64,000 nucleotides of DNA from an uncultured Actinomycetota bacterium (GCA_963784265.1 CAWAQQ010000011.1:12768-76767), one strand, 5' to 3'. Shown: positions 1 through 10,238, counted from the stretch's first letter. A program made the numbers and translations. Notes: generated by a model not told the origin, from the letters alone.

Positions 1-138
1 GGCCATCGCGCGCGACAGCGGCGGCACGACGAAGCGGTGCAGCACGAGCAGGATGATCACGAACAGGATGAGCTCGACGAAGAAGGTGGCGTTGGGGAGC
101 AGGAAGTTGTCCGACGCCTGGGCCAACACGGTGGTCAT
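1..138 (-). CDS. atpF: F0F1 ATP synthase subunit b (5' part, runs off window)
   Basis: MTTVLAQASDNFLLPNATFFVELILFVIILLVLHRFVVPPL...; typical actinobacterial subunit b N-terminus, directly downstream of atpE. Confidence 0.9.
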   Translation of the reverse strand, partial: MTTVLAQASDNFLLPNATFFVELILFVIILLVLHRFVVPPLSRAMA

Positions 139-148
139 GACGGCGGCC

Positions 149-436
149 TCACCCTGCGCCGAGCACGAACACGAACAGCGCCATGAAGGCCAGGTTGATG
201 AAGTACATGCCCTCGACCAGGCCGATGATCAGGAACATCGTGGTGTTCAGCCGGCCGGCCGCCTCGGGCTGGCGGGCCACACCCTGGATCACCGCGGCGC
301 CTGCCAGGCCGTCACCGACCGCCGCGCCGATCGCGCCACCGGCGAGCGCGATACCGCCGCCGACCATGGCCAGTCCGAGCAGCATCCCCTCACCGCCGCC
401 ACCCTGGGCCAGCACCGTCGTCGTCAGGACACTCAT
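149..436 (-). CDS. atpE: F0F1 ATP synthase subunit c
   Basis: Gly-rich hairpin, RQPE loop, [12 protein letters not shown] with the proton-binding Glu; AGGAG RBS. Confidence 0.97.
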   Translation of the reverse strand: MSVLTTTVLAQGGGGEGMLLGLAMVGGGIALAGGAIGAAVGDGLAGAAVIQGVARQPEAAGRLNTTMFLIIGLVEGMYFINLAFMALFVFVLGAG

Positions 437-514
437 GTCTCTCCTCGTTCTCCGTGACCCGCGGCGTTCCGCGTGCCACACATCGTCTGTTGGGGGAGCA
501 GGGAACCGCGCCGG

Positions 515-1243
515 CTAGTGGGCCGTCGCGTCCTCATCACTGCCGACTGCCTCGCTGAAGTAGATGATGGTGAGCAGTGTGAAGATCAGTGCCTGGATCA
601 GGCCGATGAACATGTCGAACAGTTTCCACGCCGCGTTGGGAGCCCACAGGATGTAGGCCGGGATCAGCGCGATGACCGACACCATGATGCCGCCCGCGAA
701 GATGTTGCCGAACAGCCGCAGCGCGAGGGAGACGGGGCGCGAGAAGTACTGCGTGATGAACTCGATCGGGGCCAGGAACGCGTACGGCTTGGCCAGGTGG
801 CCGAAATGGCTCTTCGCCCCCTGCGTGCGGATTCCCGCGATGTTGACCCAGACGATCACGAGCAGCGCCATCGCGTACACGAGGTTGACGTCGGCGGTGG
901 GCGGCGGGAGGTAGTGCTCCCAGGGCAGCGTGGCGAACCAGTTGCAGATCAGGATGAACGCGAAGAGCGTGACGCACAGCGACACGACGCCGCGCGGCGC
1001 GCGCAGGCCCATGCCCTCACGGATCTGACCCTGCACCCAGCCCGTGAGCGCCTCGAACGCGAGCTGCAGCTTCGTCGGCCTTCCCCGGGTGGCTCCGCGG
1101 GCCATGTAGATGCCCAGCGCGCACACGATCGCCCCGGCGGCCGCCGTGGCGACGATCGTGTCCATGTTGAACGTGAGGCCGGCCACCTCGACGGTCCAGT
1201 GATCGCCCGGCTTGATCTCGGCGGCGAGGACGACGGTACTCAT
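515..1243 (-). CDS. atpB: F0F1 ATP synthase subunit a
   Basis: RPVSLALRLFGNIFAG and IQALIFTLLTIIY motifs. Confidence 0.97.
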   Translation of the reverse strand: MSTVVLAAEIKPGDHWTVEVAGLTFNMDTIVATAAAGAIVCALGIYMARGATRGRPTKLQLAFEALTGWVQGQIREGMGLRAPRGVVSLCVTLFAFILICNWFATLPWEHYLPPPTADVNLVYAMALLVIVWVNIAGIRTQGAKSHFGHLAKPYAFLAPIEFITQYFSRPVSLALRLFGNIFAGGIMVSVIALIPAYILWAPNAAWKLFDMFIGLIQALIFTLLTIIYFSEAVGSDEDATAH

Positions 1244-1265
1244 CCCTGACGACTCATCTCTCTGG

Positions 1266-1664
1266 TCATCTCTGTCGGATCTCCTTGATCAGCGGCAGCA
1301 TCGAGCTCACGATCGCGAGGAACTGGAACACCGCGAGCCCGCCGAACACGGCCAGTCCCGCCGGCCGGAACAGCAGCGCGCAGCCGAAGGCGATCACGGT
1401 GATCATGGCGAGCCGGCCCAGCACGGAGCCGGAGAACCGCGCCTTGGACGGCCCCGTGGCGGCGAACCGGGCCACCGAACGGACGACGAGTCCGTAGTTC
1501 AGGACGCCGAGGGCGAGGCCGACGCAGCCGAACACCGCGAAGGCGCCGTAGCCCATGGGGACCAACACCGCGAGCGCGACGAGGCCGACGACGGCGGCGG
1601 CCACCGCCGAGCGCTGGAAGGTGCGCCTGGTGACGGGCGGGGTGTACGGCGTCCCGGTCACCAC
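1266..1664 (-). CDS. atpI: ATP synthase protein I (4-TM membrane protein)
   Basis: Hydrophobic ~132 aa ORF upstream of atpB; GTG start after GGAGGAG. Confidence 0.75.
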   Translation of the reverse strand: MVTGTPYTPPVTRRTFQRSAVAAAVVGLVALAVLVPMGYGAFAVFGCVGLALGVLNYGLVVRSVARFAATGPSKARFSGSVLGRLAMITVIAFGCALLFRPAGLAVFGGLAVFQFLAIVSSMLPLIKEIRQR

Positions 1665-1680
1665 TGCGGTCTCCTCCCCT

Positions 1681-1881
1681 TCACATGTACCTCTTGAACT
1701 GCTTGTAGAAATAGACGCTGGCGGCGACGACACCCAGTGCGAGCCCGGCGAGGGCGAATGCCGGGAAGGTATCCAGCGGGAGGTCGGCGAGCCAGCCGAG
1801 CCCGAAGCCGACGACCACGCATCCGGCCAGGGTGAGGCCCAAGGAGAGCAGGTCGCCCAGTTCGGGACCGCCACCAGCCAT
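1681..1881 (-). CDS. atpZ: AtpZ/AtpI family small membrane protein
   Basis: 66 aa, GxGxGWxxD..LDTxP motif, first gene of the atp operon. Confidence 0.75.
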   Translation of the reverse strand: MAGGGPELGDLLSLGLTLAGCVVVGFGLGWLADLPLDTFPAFALAGLALGVVAASVYFYKQFKRYM

Positions 1882-2153
1882 CCGGGGGCGTCTCAGCCGG
1901 TCCGGATCCGGCGGCCGCCTGCTCGGATGTGAGCGTTCAAGAGCAACTCCTCGCCTCGGCGCTGGAGGGGCTTGTCCTGCTCCGCCCGCGGGGCCAAGCT
2001 GTCAAGCACCCGGGCCGCTCAGCGGCCGGTGTCGGCGACGCTACCACAGCGTTGCCGATCGCTCTTGTGCGCCCTGACCTGCGAGAAGGAGTTGTCAGCC
2101 AGGTCACTTTGCGCGGGTGGTCCGGTTTCCCCGCGGCCGTTGCGCAAGCGCTG

Positions 2154-3330
2154 TCATCGCGGTGAACGGGTTCGCAGGCGCGGCACGGCCGAGGCGAGCA
2201 CGGCCACGACGAGGCCGACGGCCACCGCCCACAGCACGATGAACGGGTCGTCGATCAGCGCCAGCGCGACCGCCCCGAACGACAGCACGGCGGCCCACAG
2301 GTAGATCAGCAGCACCGCGCGCCGGTGGCTGTGGCCGATCTCCAGCAGCCGGTGGTGCAGGTGCATCTTGTCCGGGGTGAACGGGCTCATCCCCGCGCGG
2401 GTGCGCCGCACGACGGCCATCAGCAGGTCGAGCAGCGGCACGAAGACCACCGCGGCGAGCACGATCAGCGGGCGCGAAGAGGGCGAGGATGTCGCTGCCG
2501 TCGGTCGTGGTGCCGATCGAGAGCCGCCCGGACGAGCTGGTGGTGGCGGCGGCCAGCAGCAGCCCGATGAGCATCGAACCCGAGTCGCCCATGAAGATCC
2601 GGGCCGGGTTGAAGTTGTGCGGGAGGAAGCCGAGGCAGGCACCGGCCAGCACCGCCGCGATGAGGGCGGGCGAGTACGCCGACGGGTCGTTGCCGTTCTG
2701 CTGGACGAGCCCGATCGCGAACAGGCCGGTGGCCCCGGCCGCGATCATGCCGATCCCCGCGGCCAGGCCGTCGAGCCCGTCGACGAAGTTCATCGCGTTG
2801 ACCAGCGCGACGGTGAGCACCACCGTGAGCAGCACGCCCTGCTCCTGGCCGAGGATCAGCAGCGAACCCGAGACCCCCGGGCCGTCGCCGCCCCACGGCA
2901 CCCAGAACACGGCCCACTGCACGCCACCGAGCACCAGCACGCCCGCCGCGGTGATCTGGCCGGCGAGCTTGGTGATCGCGTCGAGCTCGTAGCGGTCGTC
3001 GAGCGCGCCGACGATCACCAGGATCACGGCGGCGGCCAGCACCCCGAGCACCTCGCCGGAGTAGTCGAAGGCGAGCCGCAGCGCCGGGAGCTGGTAGGCC
3101 AGGCCGATCCCGGCCAGCACCCCGCCGAGCATCGCCAGCCCGCCCCAGCGCGGCGTCGGGACGACGTGCACGTCGCGCCCGCGTGGCCAGGCGACCGCGC
3201 CGAGGCGCAGCGCCAGCACCCGCACCGGGCCGGTGAGCAGGAACGTGATGACCGCGGCGGTGGCGCCTGCGAGGAGGTACTCCCGGATGGGGAGGACCGA
3301 CCCGGGGACGGGTGCCTGGCTCAGCAGCAC
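2154..3330 (-). CDS. wecA: Undecaprenyl-phosphate GlcNAc-1-P transferase (GT4/MraY family); frameshift near 2470
   Basis: GALDD, NAMNFVDGLDGLA, FMGDSGS, DKMHLHHRLL motifs; conserved position before the atp operon. Confidence 0.9.
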
Positions 3331-3340
3331 CTCGGCGGCG

Positions 3341-4618
3341 TCAGCGCGGGTAGGCGGGGGCCCGCGCGACGAGGGCCGAGACCGCATCGGCGACCGCGGC
3401 GAGCTCGCCGTCGCCGGCCGGGGTGCCCTGCTCCGCCTTGACCGCCCGGGCCAGCAGCGAGCCGACCTCGGCCATGTCGGACTCGACCATGCCCTGCGTG
3501 GTGACGCTCGGCGAGCCGACGCGGATGCCCGAGGGCTTCATCGGCGGCGCGGGGTCGTAGGGGATGGAGTTCTTGTTGAGCGTGATCCGGGCGGCGTCGC
3601 AGCGGGACTCCGCCTCCCCGCCCGTGACGCCGATCGGCCGCAGGTCGACCAGCGCCAGGTGGGTGTCGGTGCCGCCGGACACCGCGCGCATCCCCTCGGC
3701 CTCCAGGCTCTTGGCCAGCGCCTGCGCGTTGGCGACGACCTGGGTGGCGTAGGACTGGTACTCCGCGGAGGCCGCCTCCCGCATCGCCACGGCCTTCGCG
3801 GCGACGGCGTGCATCAGCGGGCCACCCTGCGAGAACGGGAAGACGGCCTTGTCGATGGCCTTCGCGTGCTCCTCGCGGCACAGCACCATCCCGCCGCGCG
3901 GGCCGCGCAGCACCTTGTGCGTGGTGGCCGTGACGACGTCGGCGAAAGGCACCGGCGACGGGATCGCCCGGCCCGCGACGAGGCCGATGAAGTGCGCGGC
4001 GTCGACGACGAGCTTCGCGTCGACCTCGTCGGCGATCTCGCGGAACGCCGCGAAGTCGATCAGCCGCGGGTAGGCGGTGGCGCCCGCGATGATCATCTTC
4101 GGCCGGTGCTCGCGCGCGAGGTCGCGCACCTGGTCGTAGTCGATCAGCTCGGTGTCCTCGCGGACGCTGTAGGACACCGCGTGGAACCACTTGCCGGAGA
4201 AGCTGACCTTGCTGCCGTGCGTGAGGTGCCCGCCCTGCTTGAGGTCCATCGCGAGCACCGTGTCGCCGGGCTGGGTGAACGCGGCGTAGACGGCGAAGTT
4301 CGCGCTCGCGCCCGAGTGCGGCTGCAGGTTCGCGTGATCGGCGCCGAAGAGCTCACGCGTGCGTGCGTTGCCGATCTCCTCGGCCCGGTCGACCACCTCG
4401 CACCCGCCGTAGTAGCGCCGTCCCGGGTAGCCCTCGGCGTACTTGTTCGACAGCGTCGAGCCGAGGGCGGCCAGTACCGCCGGGCTGGTGAGGTTCTCGC
4501 TGGCGATGAGCTGGAGCCCGCCGCGCAGCCGGTCGAGCTCGTCGAGCACGACCCCCGCGATCTCCGGGTCCTGCTGCTGGAGTGCGTCGAAGTCCGGTCC
4601 CCAGAACGGTGTCGTCAC
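3341..4618 (-). CDS. glyA: Serine hydroxymethyltransferase
   Basis: LIASEN, NKYAEGYPG, GGHLTHG, TTHKVLRGPRGG (PLP lysine). Confidence 0.97.
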   Translation of the reverse strand: MTTPFWGPDFDALQQQDPEIAGVVLDELDRLRGGLQLIASENLTSPAVLAALGSTLSNKYAEGYPGRRYYGGCEVVDRAEEIGNARTRELFGADHANLQPHSGASANFAVYAAFTQPGDTVLAMDLKQGGHLTHGSKVSFSGKWFHAVSYSVREDTELIDYDQVRDLAREHRPKMIIAGATAYPRLIDFAAFREIADEVDAKLVVDAAHFIGLVAGRAIPSPVPFADVVTATTHKVLRGPRGGMVLCREEHAKAIDKAVFPFSQGGPLMHAVAAKAVAMREAASAEYQSYATQVVANAQALAKSLEAEGMRAVSGGTDTHLALVDLRPIGVTGGEAESRCDAARITLNKNSIPYDPAPPMKPSGIRVGSPSVTTQGMVESDMAEVGSLLARAVKAEQGTPAGDGELAAVADAVSALVARAPAYPR

Positions 4619-4649
4619 GGTTGTTCACCGTACCCGTGCTGGCCGGGCC

Positions 4650-5597
4650 TCAGGCCGCGGCCCGCTGCCGGTCCTGCCAGAACGCGACGTGCGCGGCGAG
4701 GCCCTCGTCGAACGGCGTCGGCGCGAGCCCGAACGCCTGCTGCGCCGCGGTCGAGTCGAGCACGAACGGCCGCGTGAACTGGTACCGGACCTCCTCGAGC
4801 TCCCGCATGAACGGCACCGCCACCCCGCCGGCGCGCAGCGCCCAGTGCGGCATCACGAGGATCCCGCGGTCGGGCACGCCGCCCAGCCGCGCCGCCCGGC
4901 TCGCCACCTCGCGCAGCGGCACCGGGCCGTCGGTCGGGACGTGCCACGCCCGGCCCCACGCGCGCTCGTCGGTCGCGAGGGTGACCAGCGTGCGCGCGAC
5001 GTCGGGCATGTAGGTCCACGAGTGCGGCGCGTCGAGGTCGCCCTGCATGATCCACGGCCGCTTGCCCGCCAGCAGCCTCGGCATGAAGTAGTCGCCGAGG
5101 TGGCTCGTGCCGGCCGGACCGGGGCCGAAGAAGTCCGACGCCCTGGCCTCGGTCGCGCGGATGCGGCCTGCCTCGTGCGCGGCCAGCGCGTCGGACCACA
5201 TCGCGTTGCGGACCCGGCCCTTGGTGCCGGTGGCGGCGAGCGGCGTGGCCTCGGTGATCGGGCCGTCCACCGGGCCGTAGCCGTAGAGGTTGCCCATCGT
5301 GACGAGCACGGCGCCCGAGCGCTCGGCGGCGGCGAGCAAGGCGTCCGCGAGCGGGGGCCAGTCCGTGGCCCAGCGGTGGTACGGCGGGTTCGCGCAGTTG
5401 TAGAGGGCGGCGGCACCGCGGGTGAGCTCGGCGAGCCGGTCGGCGTCGGACGCGTCGGCGCGGACGCGCTCGACTCCCGGGCGCTCGGGTCCGGTGCCGC
5501 TGCGGGTGACGATCCGGACGTCGTGCCCGGCGTCGACGAGCAGGTGTGCGACCGCGCTGCCGACCGCGCCCGCTCCGACGATGACGTGCTGAGCCAT
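4650..5597 (-). CDS. NAD-dependent epimerase/dehydratase family protein
   Basis: N-terminal GAGAVG Rossmann motif, extended SDR layout. Confidence 0.85.
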   Translation of the reverse strand: MAQHVIVGAGAVGSAVAHLLVDAGHDVRIVTRSGTGPERPGVERVRADASDADRLAELTRGAAALYNCANPPYHRWATDWPPLADALLAAAERSGAVLVTMGNLYGYGPVDGPITEATPLAATGTKGRVRNAMWSDALAAHEAGRIRATEARASDFFGPGPAGTSHLGDYFMPRLLAGKRPWIMQGDLDAPHSWTYMPDVARTLVTLATDERAWGRAWHVPTDGPVPLREVASRAARLGGVPDRGILVMPHWALRAGGVAVPFMRELEEVRYQFTRPFVLDSTAAQQAFGLAPTPFDEGLAAHVAFWQDRQRAAA

Positions 5598-5612
5598 GGG
5601 ATCCTCCGTTGT

Positions 5613-5699
5613 GTGAGCGCTGCTCTCTGTTAGGCACAGTGTTCACACGACTCGGGCTCGCCGTCAAGAGCAGTGCTCTCTTTTTGGTGCAGCGCTCGC
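5613..5699. promoter_or_regulatory. Four degenerate copies of palindrome GAGAGCAGTGCTCTC, probable TetR operators
   Basis: Copies at 5613, 5632, 5666, 5685 between the divergent epimerase and tetR genes. Confidence 0.65.
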
Positions 5700-5722
5700 A
5701 AATCTGTGCGAGGATCTGCTCC

Positions 5723-6401
5723 ATGCCTGCCACCGGCGCCCGTGCGCGCGTCCGCGCCGAGCTGACCCGCGAGATCGTCGACGTCGCGCGCCGTCACCTG
5801 GCCACCGAGGGCGCCGCCGCCCTGTCCCTGCGCGCCGTGGCCCGCGAGCTGGAGATGGCCTCGTCGGCCGTCTACCGCTACTTCCCCAGCCGCGACGACC
5901 TGATCACCGCCCTGATCGTCGAGGCGTACGACGCGCTCGGGGCGGACGCCGAGGCGGCGGAGTCGCGGGTGCCGCGCGCCGACCTGCGTGGCCGCTGGCG
6001 CACCACCTGCCTCGCCGTCCGCGCGTGGGCGGTGGCCCATCCGCACGAGTACGCGCTGGTCTACGGCTCGCCGGTGCCGGGCTACGCGGCACCGCAGACG
6101 ACGATCGGGCCGGCGTCCCGGGTCGGCGAGCTGCTCTGCCGGCTGCTCGCCGACGGCCTGGAGCAGGGCGTCGTCGATCCGGGGTCCGGGTCCGGAGCCC
6201 ACGTTGGCGCCGGGCATCGCCGAACGGATGGGCCTGCCGCCCGGCTCGCCGCTGGCCGCGCGGGCGATCTTCGCGTGGGAGGCGCTGTTCGGGATGGTCG
6301 GCTTCGAGCTGTTCGGGCACACGAACAACGTGGTGGCCGACCACGACGGGTTCTTCACCGCCTCCGTCGACCGGCTCGCCACGCTCCTCGGCCTGCCCTG
6401 A
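5723..6401 (+). CDS. TetR/AcrR family regulator; frameshift near 6195
   Basis: LSLRAVARELEMASSAVYRYFPSRDDL HTH; C-terminus W..LFGMVGFELFGH in the next frame. Confidence 0.88.
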
Positions 6402-6406
6402 GCCGT

Positions 6407-6463
6407 CGAGTTCGACGTGAGTCCGTGTTGATCATGCGTCTGACCGGACTGCTGTCGATCTCG
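6407..6463. repeat. 57-bp imperfect palindrome (REP-like), left copy
   Basis: CGAGTTCGACGTGAGTCCG...CGGACTGCTGTCGATCTCG; 43/57 identical to the reverse complement of 7389-7445. Confidence 0.75.
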
Positions 6464-6469
6464 CCGATG

Positions 6470-7339
6470 CGCCGAGCCGCGACTCCTCATCATCCGCACC
6501 CGGTGCGCCGTCTGGGGCGGGCACCCGTGGACGTCGTCGGACGTGAACCGCATCGTGTGCCACCCCGAGATCGGCGATGTCGAGGTCACGCCGCCGGTCG
6601 CGCCGGGAGGGCGGTCGGTGAAGTGCTGACCGCCGTCGTACTCGACGGCCAGCATCGCGTCCGGGATAGGCCAGGTCGAAACGCGCCACCACGAACCCGT
6701 GGTCGTCGAGCACGGGGTACTGCACCTCGGGTGCGGGAAGCCCGGCGAGCACCAGGAGCAGGCGCAGCCGCGACTCCATCGACGGACTCGGCACGCGGAT
6801 CGGCGAGCTCGACGACGCGGGGCAGGCGCGGACAACCGCGGGCTCCGCGTACGGCCGAGCCACGCACGAGCAGCGCGGCGGGATCGAACCGGCCGCAGCG
6901 GGCGAGCGCGTCGACCGCGACCACCGCGTCGACGAGCGGAAGACGGCGTGCGAGATCCCATGCCGTACGCGACGGCGACGTGACCAGGCAGCCTGCGACC
7001 GCCACGCGGTCGCCGCCGCCGCCGTGCCCCGGCCGACACGACGGTCCCGGGATGCTGGCGGACATCGCGGCCGGACGCAGCACCTCCGCGGCGCGCCTGC
7101 CTCGGCGAGCAGCCCGCACCGAGCAGCTGCGCGGCGGAGTAGCCGGCCAGCGACCCGCCCCGGCTCGCGACCAGCAGGTATGCCGCGCGAGATGCGAACC
7201 GTGAGATCCAGTTCGAGGCAGGCGGGGACGTAGACGTCCGGGAGAGACGCGACGGAAGCGGCTTCGCCGTAGAGCTGGGCGCGGGTGAGGATCTCCGCGC
7301 GCGAGGGCCTCCGTACCGCGGAACGGGCCGGTCGAGCAC
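6470..7339 (-). CDS. DUF559/Vsr-like endonuclease-domain protein; several frameshifts, 3' end approximate
   Basis: Reconstructed PFRG..LTRAQL..PDVYV, ESRLRLLLVLAGLPAPEVQY, ARFDLAYP..LAVEYDG..H, GWHTMRF. Confidence 0.75.
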
Positions 7340-7388
7340 GGCCAGCAGACTTACCCGACCGGCTCGTGCCGCGCGGGCCCGATTCGAC

Positions 7389-7445
7389 CGAGTCCGACGG
7401 GAGTCCGGTTCCGACCATGATCAGATCGGACTTACGTCGAACTCG
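7389..7445. repeat. 57-bp imperfect palindrome (REP-like), right copy, inverted
   Basis: Reverse complement matches 6407-6463 at 43/57. Confidence 0.75.
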
Positions 7446-7450
7446 GCGGG

Positions 7451-8102
7451 CTATGCCGTGAGGACCTCGCGCCCGAGGACATCGGCCACGTCGGCGAGCG
7501 GCACGGCTCCCTCGCGCAGGACGCGCGGGGCGTCGCCGGTGAGGTCGACGATCGTCGAGGCCACCGCCTCGCCGGACGGGCCGCCGTCGAGGTACACGTC
7601 GACCGAATCGCCGAGCTGGGCCACGGCGTCGGCAGCGGTCGTGGCGGGGGGCGAGCCGGAGACGTTCGCGCTGCTCACGGCCATCGGGCCGACGTCGCGC
7701 AGCAGCTCGAGCGCCACCGGGTGCAGCGGCATCCGCAGCATCACCGTGCCCTTGGTCGCGCCCAGGTCCCAGCTCAGCGAGGGGGCGTGCGGCAGCACGA
7801 GGGACAGCCCGCCCGGCCAGAACGCCTCGATCAGCTCGCGCGCGGCGGCTGGGCACGCCGAGCACCAGCCCGTCGATCGTCGACCAGGAGCCGACGAGGA
7901 CGGGGACCGGCATGTCCGGGCCCCGGTTCTTCGCGGCGAGCAGCGCGCGGACGGCGGGGCCGGTGAACGCGTCGCAGCCCAGCCCGTAGACGGTGTCGGT
8001 GGGCAGGACGACGAGCCGGCCGGCACGGACCGCGCGCGCCGCGGCGGCGAGGCCGTCGGAGCGGGCGTCGGGGTCGGCACAGTCGTAGGTCGGGGGACTC
8101 AC
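7451..8102 (-). CDS. tsaC: L-threonylcarbamoyladenylate synthase (Sua5/YrdC); frameshift near 7845
   Basis: PTDTVYGLGCDA, KNRG, FWPGGLS, SSANVSG, STIVDLT. Confidence 0.92.
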
Positions 8103-8120
8103 GGCGAGCAGCCTAGGAGG

Positions 8121-8993
8121 TCAGCTCGGGGCGAGGCGGCGGGCGGTGGCGAACCGTGGCCGCCCGGCGAGATCGTGGTGCTCCTCGACGTCGGTGAGCA
8201 CGCGCCGCCTGCGCAGGAGGGCCGGGACCAGCTCGCCGTGGGTGTCGTCGTGCTCGATCGCCAGCCTGCCGCCGTAGCGCAGCAGGCCGGCCGCCGCCGC
8301 GATCACCGCCCGGATGATCTCCAGCCCGTCGGGGCCGCCGAACACCGCGCCCGGCGGGTCCCAGTCGGCCACCTCCGGCGGGAGCGGCGCGCCGTCGGGG
8401 ACGTAGGGCGGGTTGCACAGCACGAGGTCGACGTGGGACTCCAGCTCGACGAGCAGGTCGGTCCACCGGACGTCGGCCGCGTGCAGGACGACGGGCGTGC
8501 CACCCGAGGCGACGTGCTCCTCGACGTTGCGCCGGGCCCAGGACAGCGCGCCACCGTCGGCCTCCACGGCGTGGACGACGGCGTCGGGCCGGCTCGCCGC
8601 CACGGCCAGCGCGAGGGCACCCGACCCGGTGCACAGGTCCACCACCAGCGGCGACTCGACGTCGGCGAGCGCGCGCAGCCCCCAGTCGAGCAGCAGCTCG
8701 GTCTCCGGGCGGGGCGTGAAGACCCCCGGCCCGACGGCGACGCTCACCGGCCCGAGCACCGCGCTGCCGAGCAGGTGCTGCAGCGGCTCGCGGGCGGCGC
8801 GGCGGGTGACGAGCCTGCGGTAGGTCTCCACCACCGACGGGTCGACGAGCGGCACCATCATCAGCCGACCCCGCTCGACGCCCACGACGTGCGCGGCCAG
8901 GACCTCGGCGTCGACCTTCGGCGAGGCGACCCCCGCCGTGGCGAGCATCCGCTCGGCCTCCAGCACGGCCAGGCGCAGGGGTTGCCGGGTCAC
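8121..8993 (-). CDS. prmC: Release factor glutamine methyltransferase
   Basis: PRPETE, DLCTGSG, NPPY motifs; follows prfA. Confidence 0.95.
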   Translation of the reverse strand: MTRQPLRLAVLEAERMLATAGVASPKVDAEVLAAHVVGVERGRLMMVPLVDPSVVETYRRLVTRRAAREPLQHLLGSAVLGPVSVAVGPGVFTPRPETELLLDWGLRALADVESPLVVDLCTGSGALALAVAASRPDAVVHAVEADGGALSWARRNVEEHVASGGTPVVLHAADVRWTDLLVELESHVDLVLCNPPYVPDGAPLPPEVADWDPPGAVFGGPDGLEIIRAVIAAAAGLLRYGGRLAIEHDDTHGELVPALLRRRRVLTDVEEHHDLAGRPRFATARRLAPS

Positions 8994-9039
8994 GGCCGCT
9001 GCCCCCAGCCCCGCCGCTCCGAGCCCCGCCGCCCGGTTG

Positions 9040-9090
9040 GCAGGAAAGCCACTTTCCCGCCATCTGCTGGCGTGAAAGTGGCTTTCCTGC
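9040..9090. repeat. Palindromic REP-like element
   Basis: GCAGGAAAGCCACTTTC...GAAAGTGGCTTTCCTGC, 17-bp perfect outer arms, no U-tract. Confidence 0.7.
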
Positions 9091-9111
9091 AACACCAGGA
9101 ACGGCTGCGGG

Positions 9112-10185
9112 TCACGGGCCGACCGACTCCGCCCGCTCGGCGGCGGCGAGGGCGGCGAGCACGTCGTCCAGGTCGCCGTCGAGGACGGCCGCGAGGTTGT
9201 AGGCCTTGTAGCCGACGCGGTGGTCGGAGATGCGGTTCTCCGGGAAGTTGTAGGTGCGGATCCGCTCGGAGCGGTCGACGGTGCGCACCTGCGAGCGGCG
9301 GTCGGCGGAGGCCTTCGCGGAGGCCTCCTCCTCGGCGAGCGCCTGGAGCCGGGACCGGAGCACCTCCATCGCGCGGGCCCGGTTCTGCAGCTGCGACCGC
9401 TCGTTCTGGCACGAGACGACGACGCCGGTGGGCAGGTGGGTGATGCGGACCGCCGAGTCGGTGGTGTTGACGCTCTGCCCGCCGTGGCCCGAGGACCGGA
9501 AGACGTCGACGCGCAGGTCGTTCTCGTCGATCTCGACGGCCGCGTCCTCGCCGGTGTCGGGGTAGACGAGTACGCCGGCGGCCGACGTGTGCACCCGGCC
9601 CTGGGACTCGGTGACCGGCACCCGCTGCACGCGGTGCACGCCACCCTCGAACTTCAGTGCCGACCACACGCCGTCGGGGTCCGTGGAGCGGGACCGCACG
9701 GAGACGGTGATGTCCTTGAACCCGCCGAGGTCGGAGTCGGTGGCGTCGAGGACCTCGGTCCGCCAGCCGCGGCGCTCGGCGAAGCGCAGGTACATCCGCA
9801 CCAGGTCGCCCGCGAACAGCGCCGACTCCTCGCCGCCCTCCCCCGACTTGACCTCCAGGACGACGTCGTCGCCGTCGTGCGGGTCGCGCGGGACGAGGAG
9901 CTCGGCGAGGCGCGTCTCCAGCCCGGCGATGCGCGACCGCAGCTCGTCGGCCTCGGCGGCGAACGCGGGGTCCTCCGCGGCGAGCTCCCGGCCGGCCTCG
10001 GCGTCGGCGCGCGCGGCCACGAGCTCGCGGGCGGCGGCGACGACCGGGCCGAGCTCGGCGTAGCGCCTGCCCAGCTTGCGGGCGGCGCCTGCGTCGGCGT
10101 GCACGGCCGGGTCGGCCAACCGCCGCTCCAGGTCGGCGTGCTCGGCGAGCAACGCGTCGAGCGACGACGTGGCGGTCGAGGTCAT
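9112..10185 (-). CDS. prfA: Peptide chain release factor 1
   Basis: VPVTESQGR (PxT), [12 protein letters not shown]. Confidence 0.97.
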   Translation of the reverse strand: MTSTATSSLDALLAEHADLERRLADPAVHADAGAARKLGRRYAELGPVVAAARELVAARADAEAGRELAAEDPAFAAEADELRSRIAGLETRLAELLVPRDPHDGDDVVLEVKSGEGGEESALFAGDLVRMYLRFAERRGWRTEVLDATDSDLGGFKDITVSVRSRSTDPDGVWSALKFEGGVHRVQRVPVTESQGRVHTSAAGVLVYPDTGEDAAVEIDENDLRVDVFRSSGHGGQSVNTTDSAVRITHLPTGVVVSCQNERSQLQNRARAMEVLRSRLQALAEEEASAKASADRRSQVRTVDRSERIRTYNFPENRISDHRVGYKAYNLAAVLDGDLDDVLAALAAAERAESVGP

Positions 10186-10238
10186 CTCCGCGTCTCCCCT
10201 CGTCGACGTGTCGTGCACAGCCGGTGTCCTGACATGCG

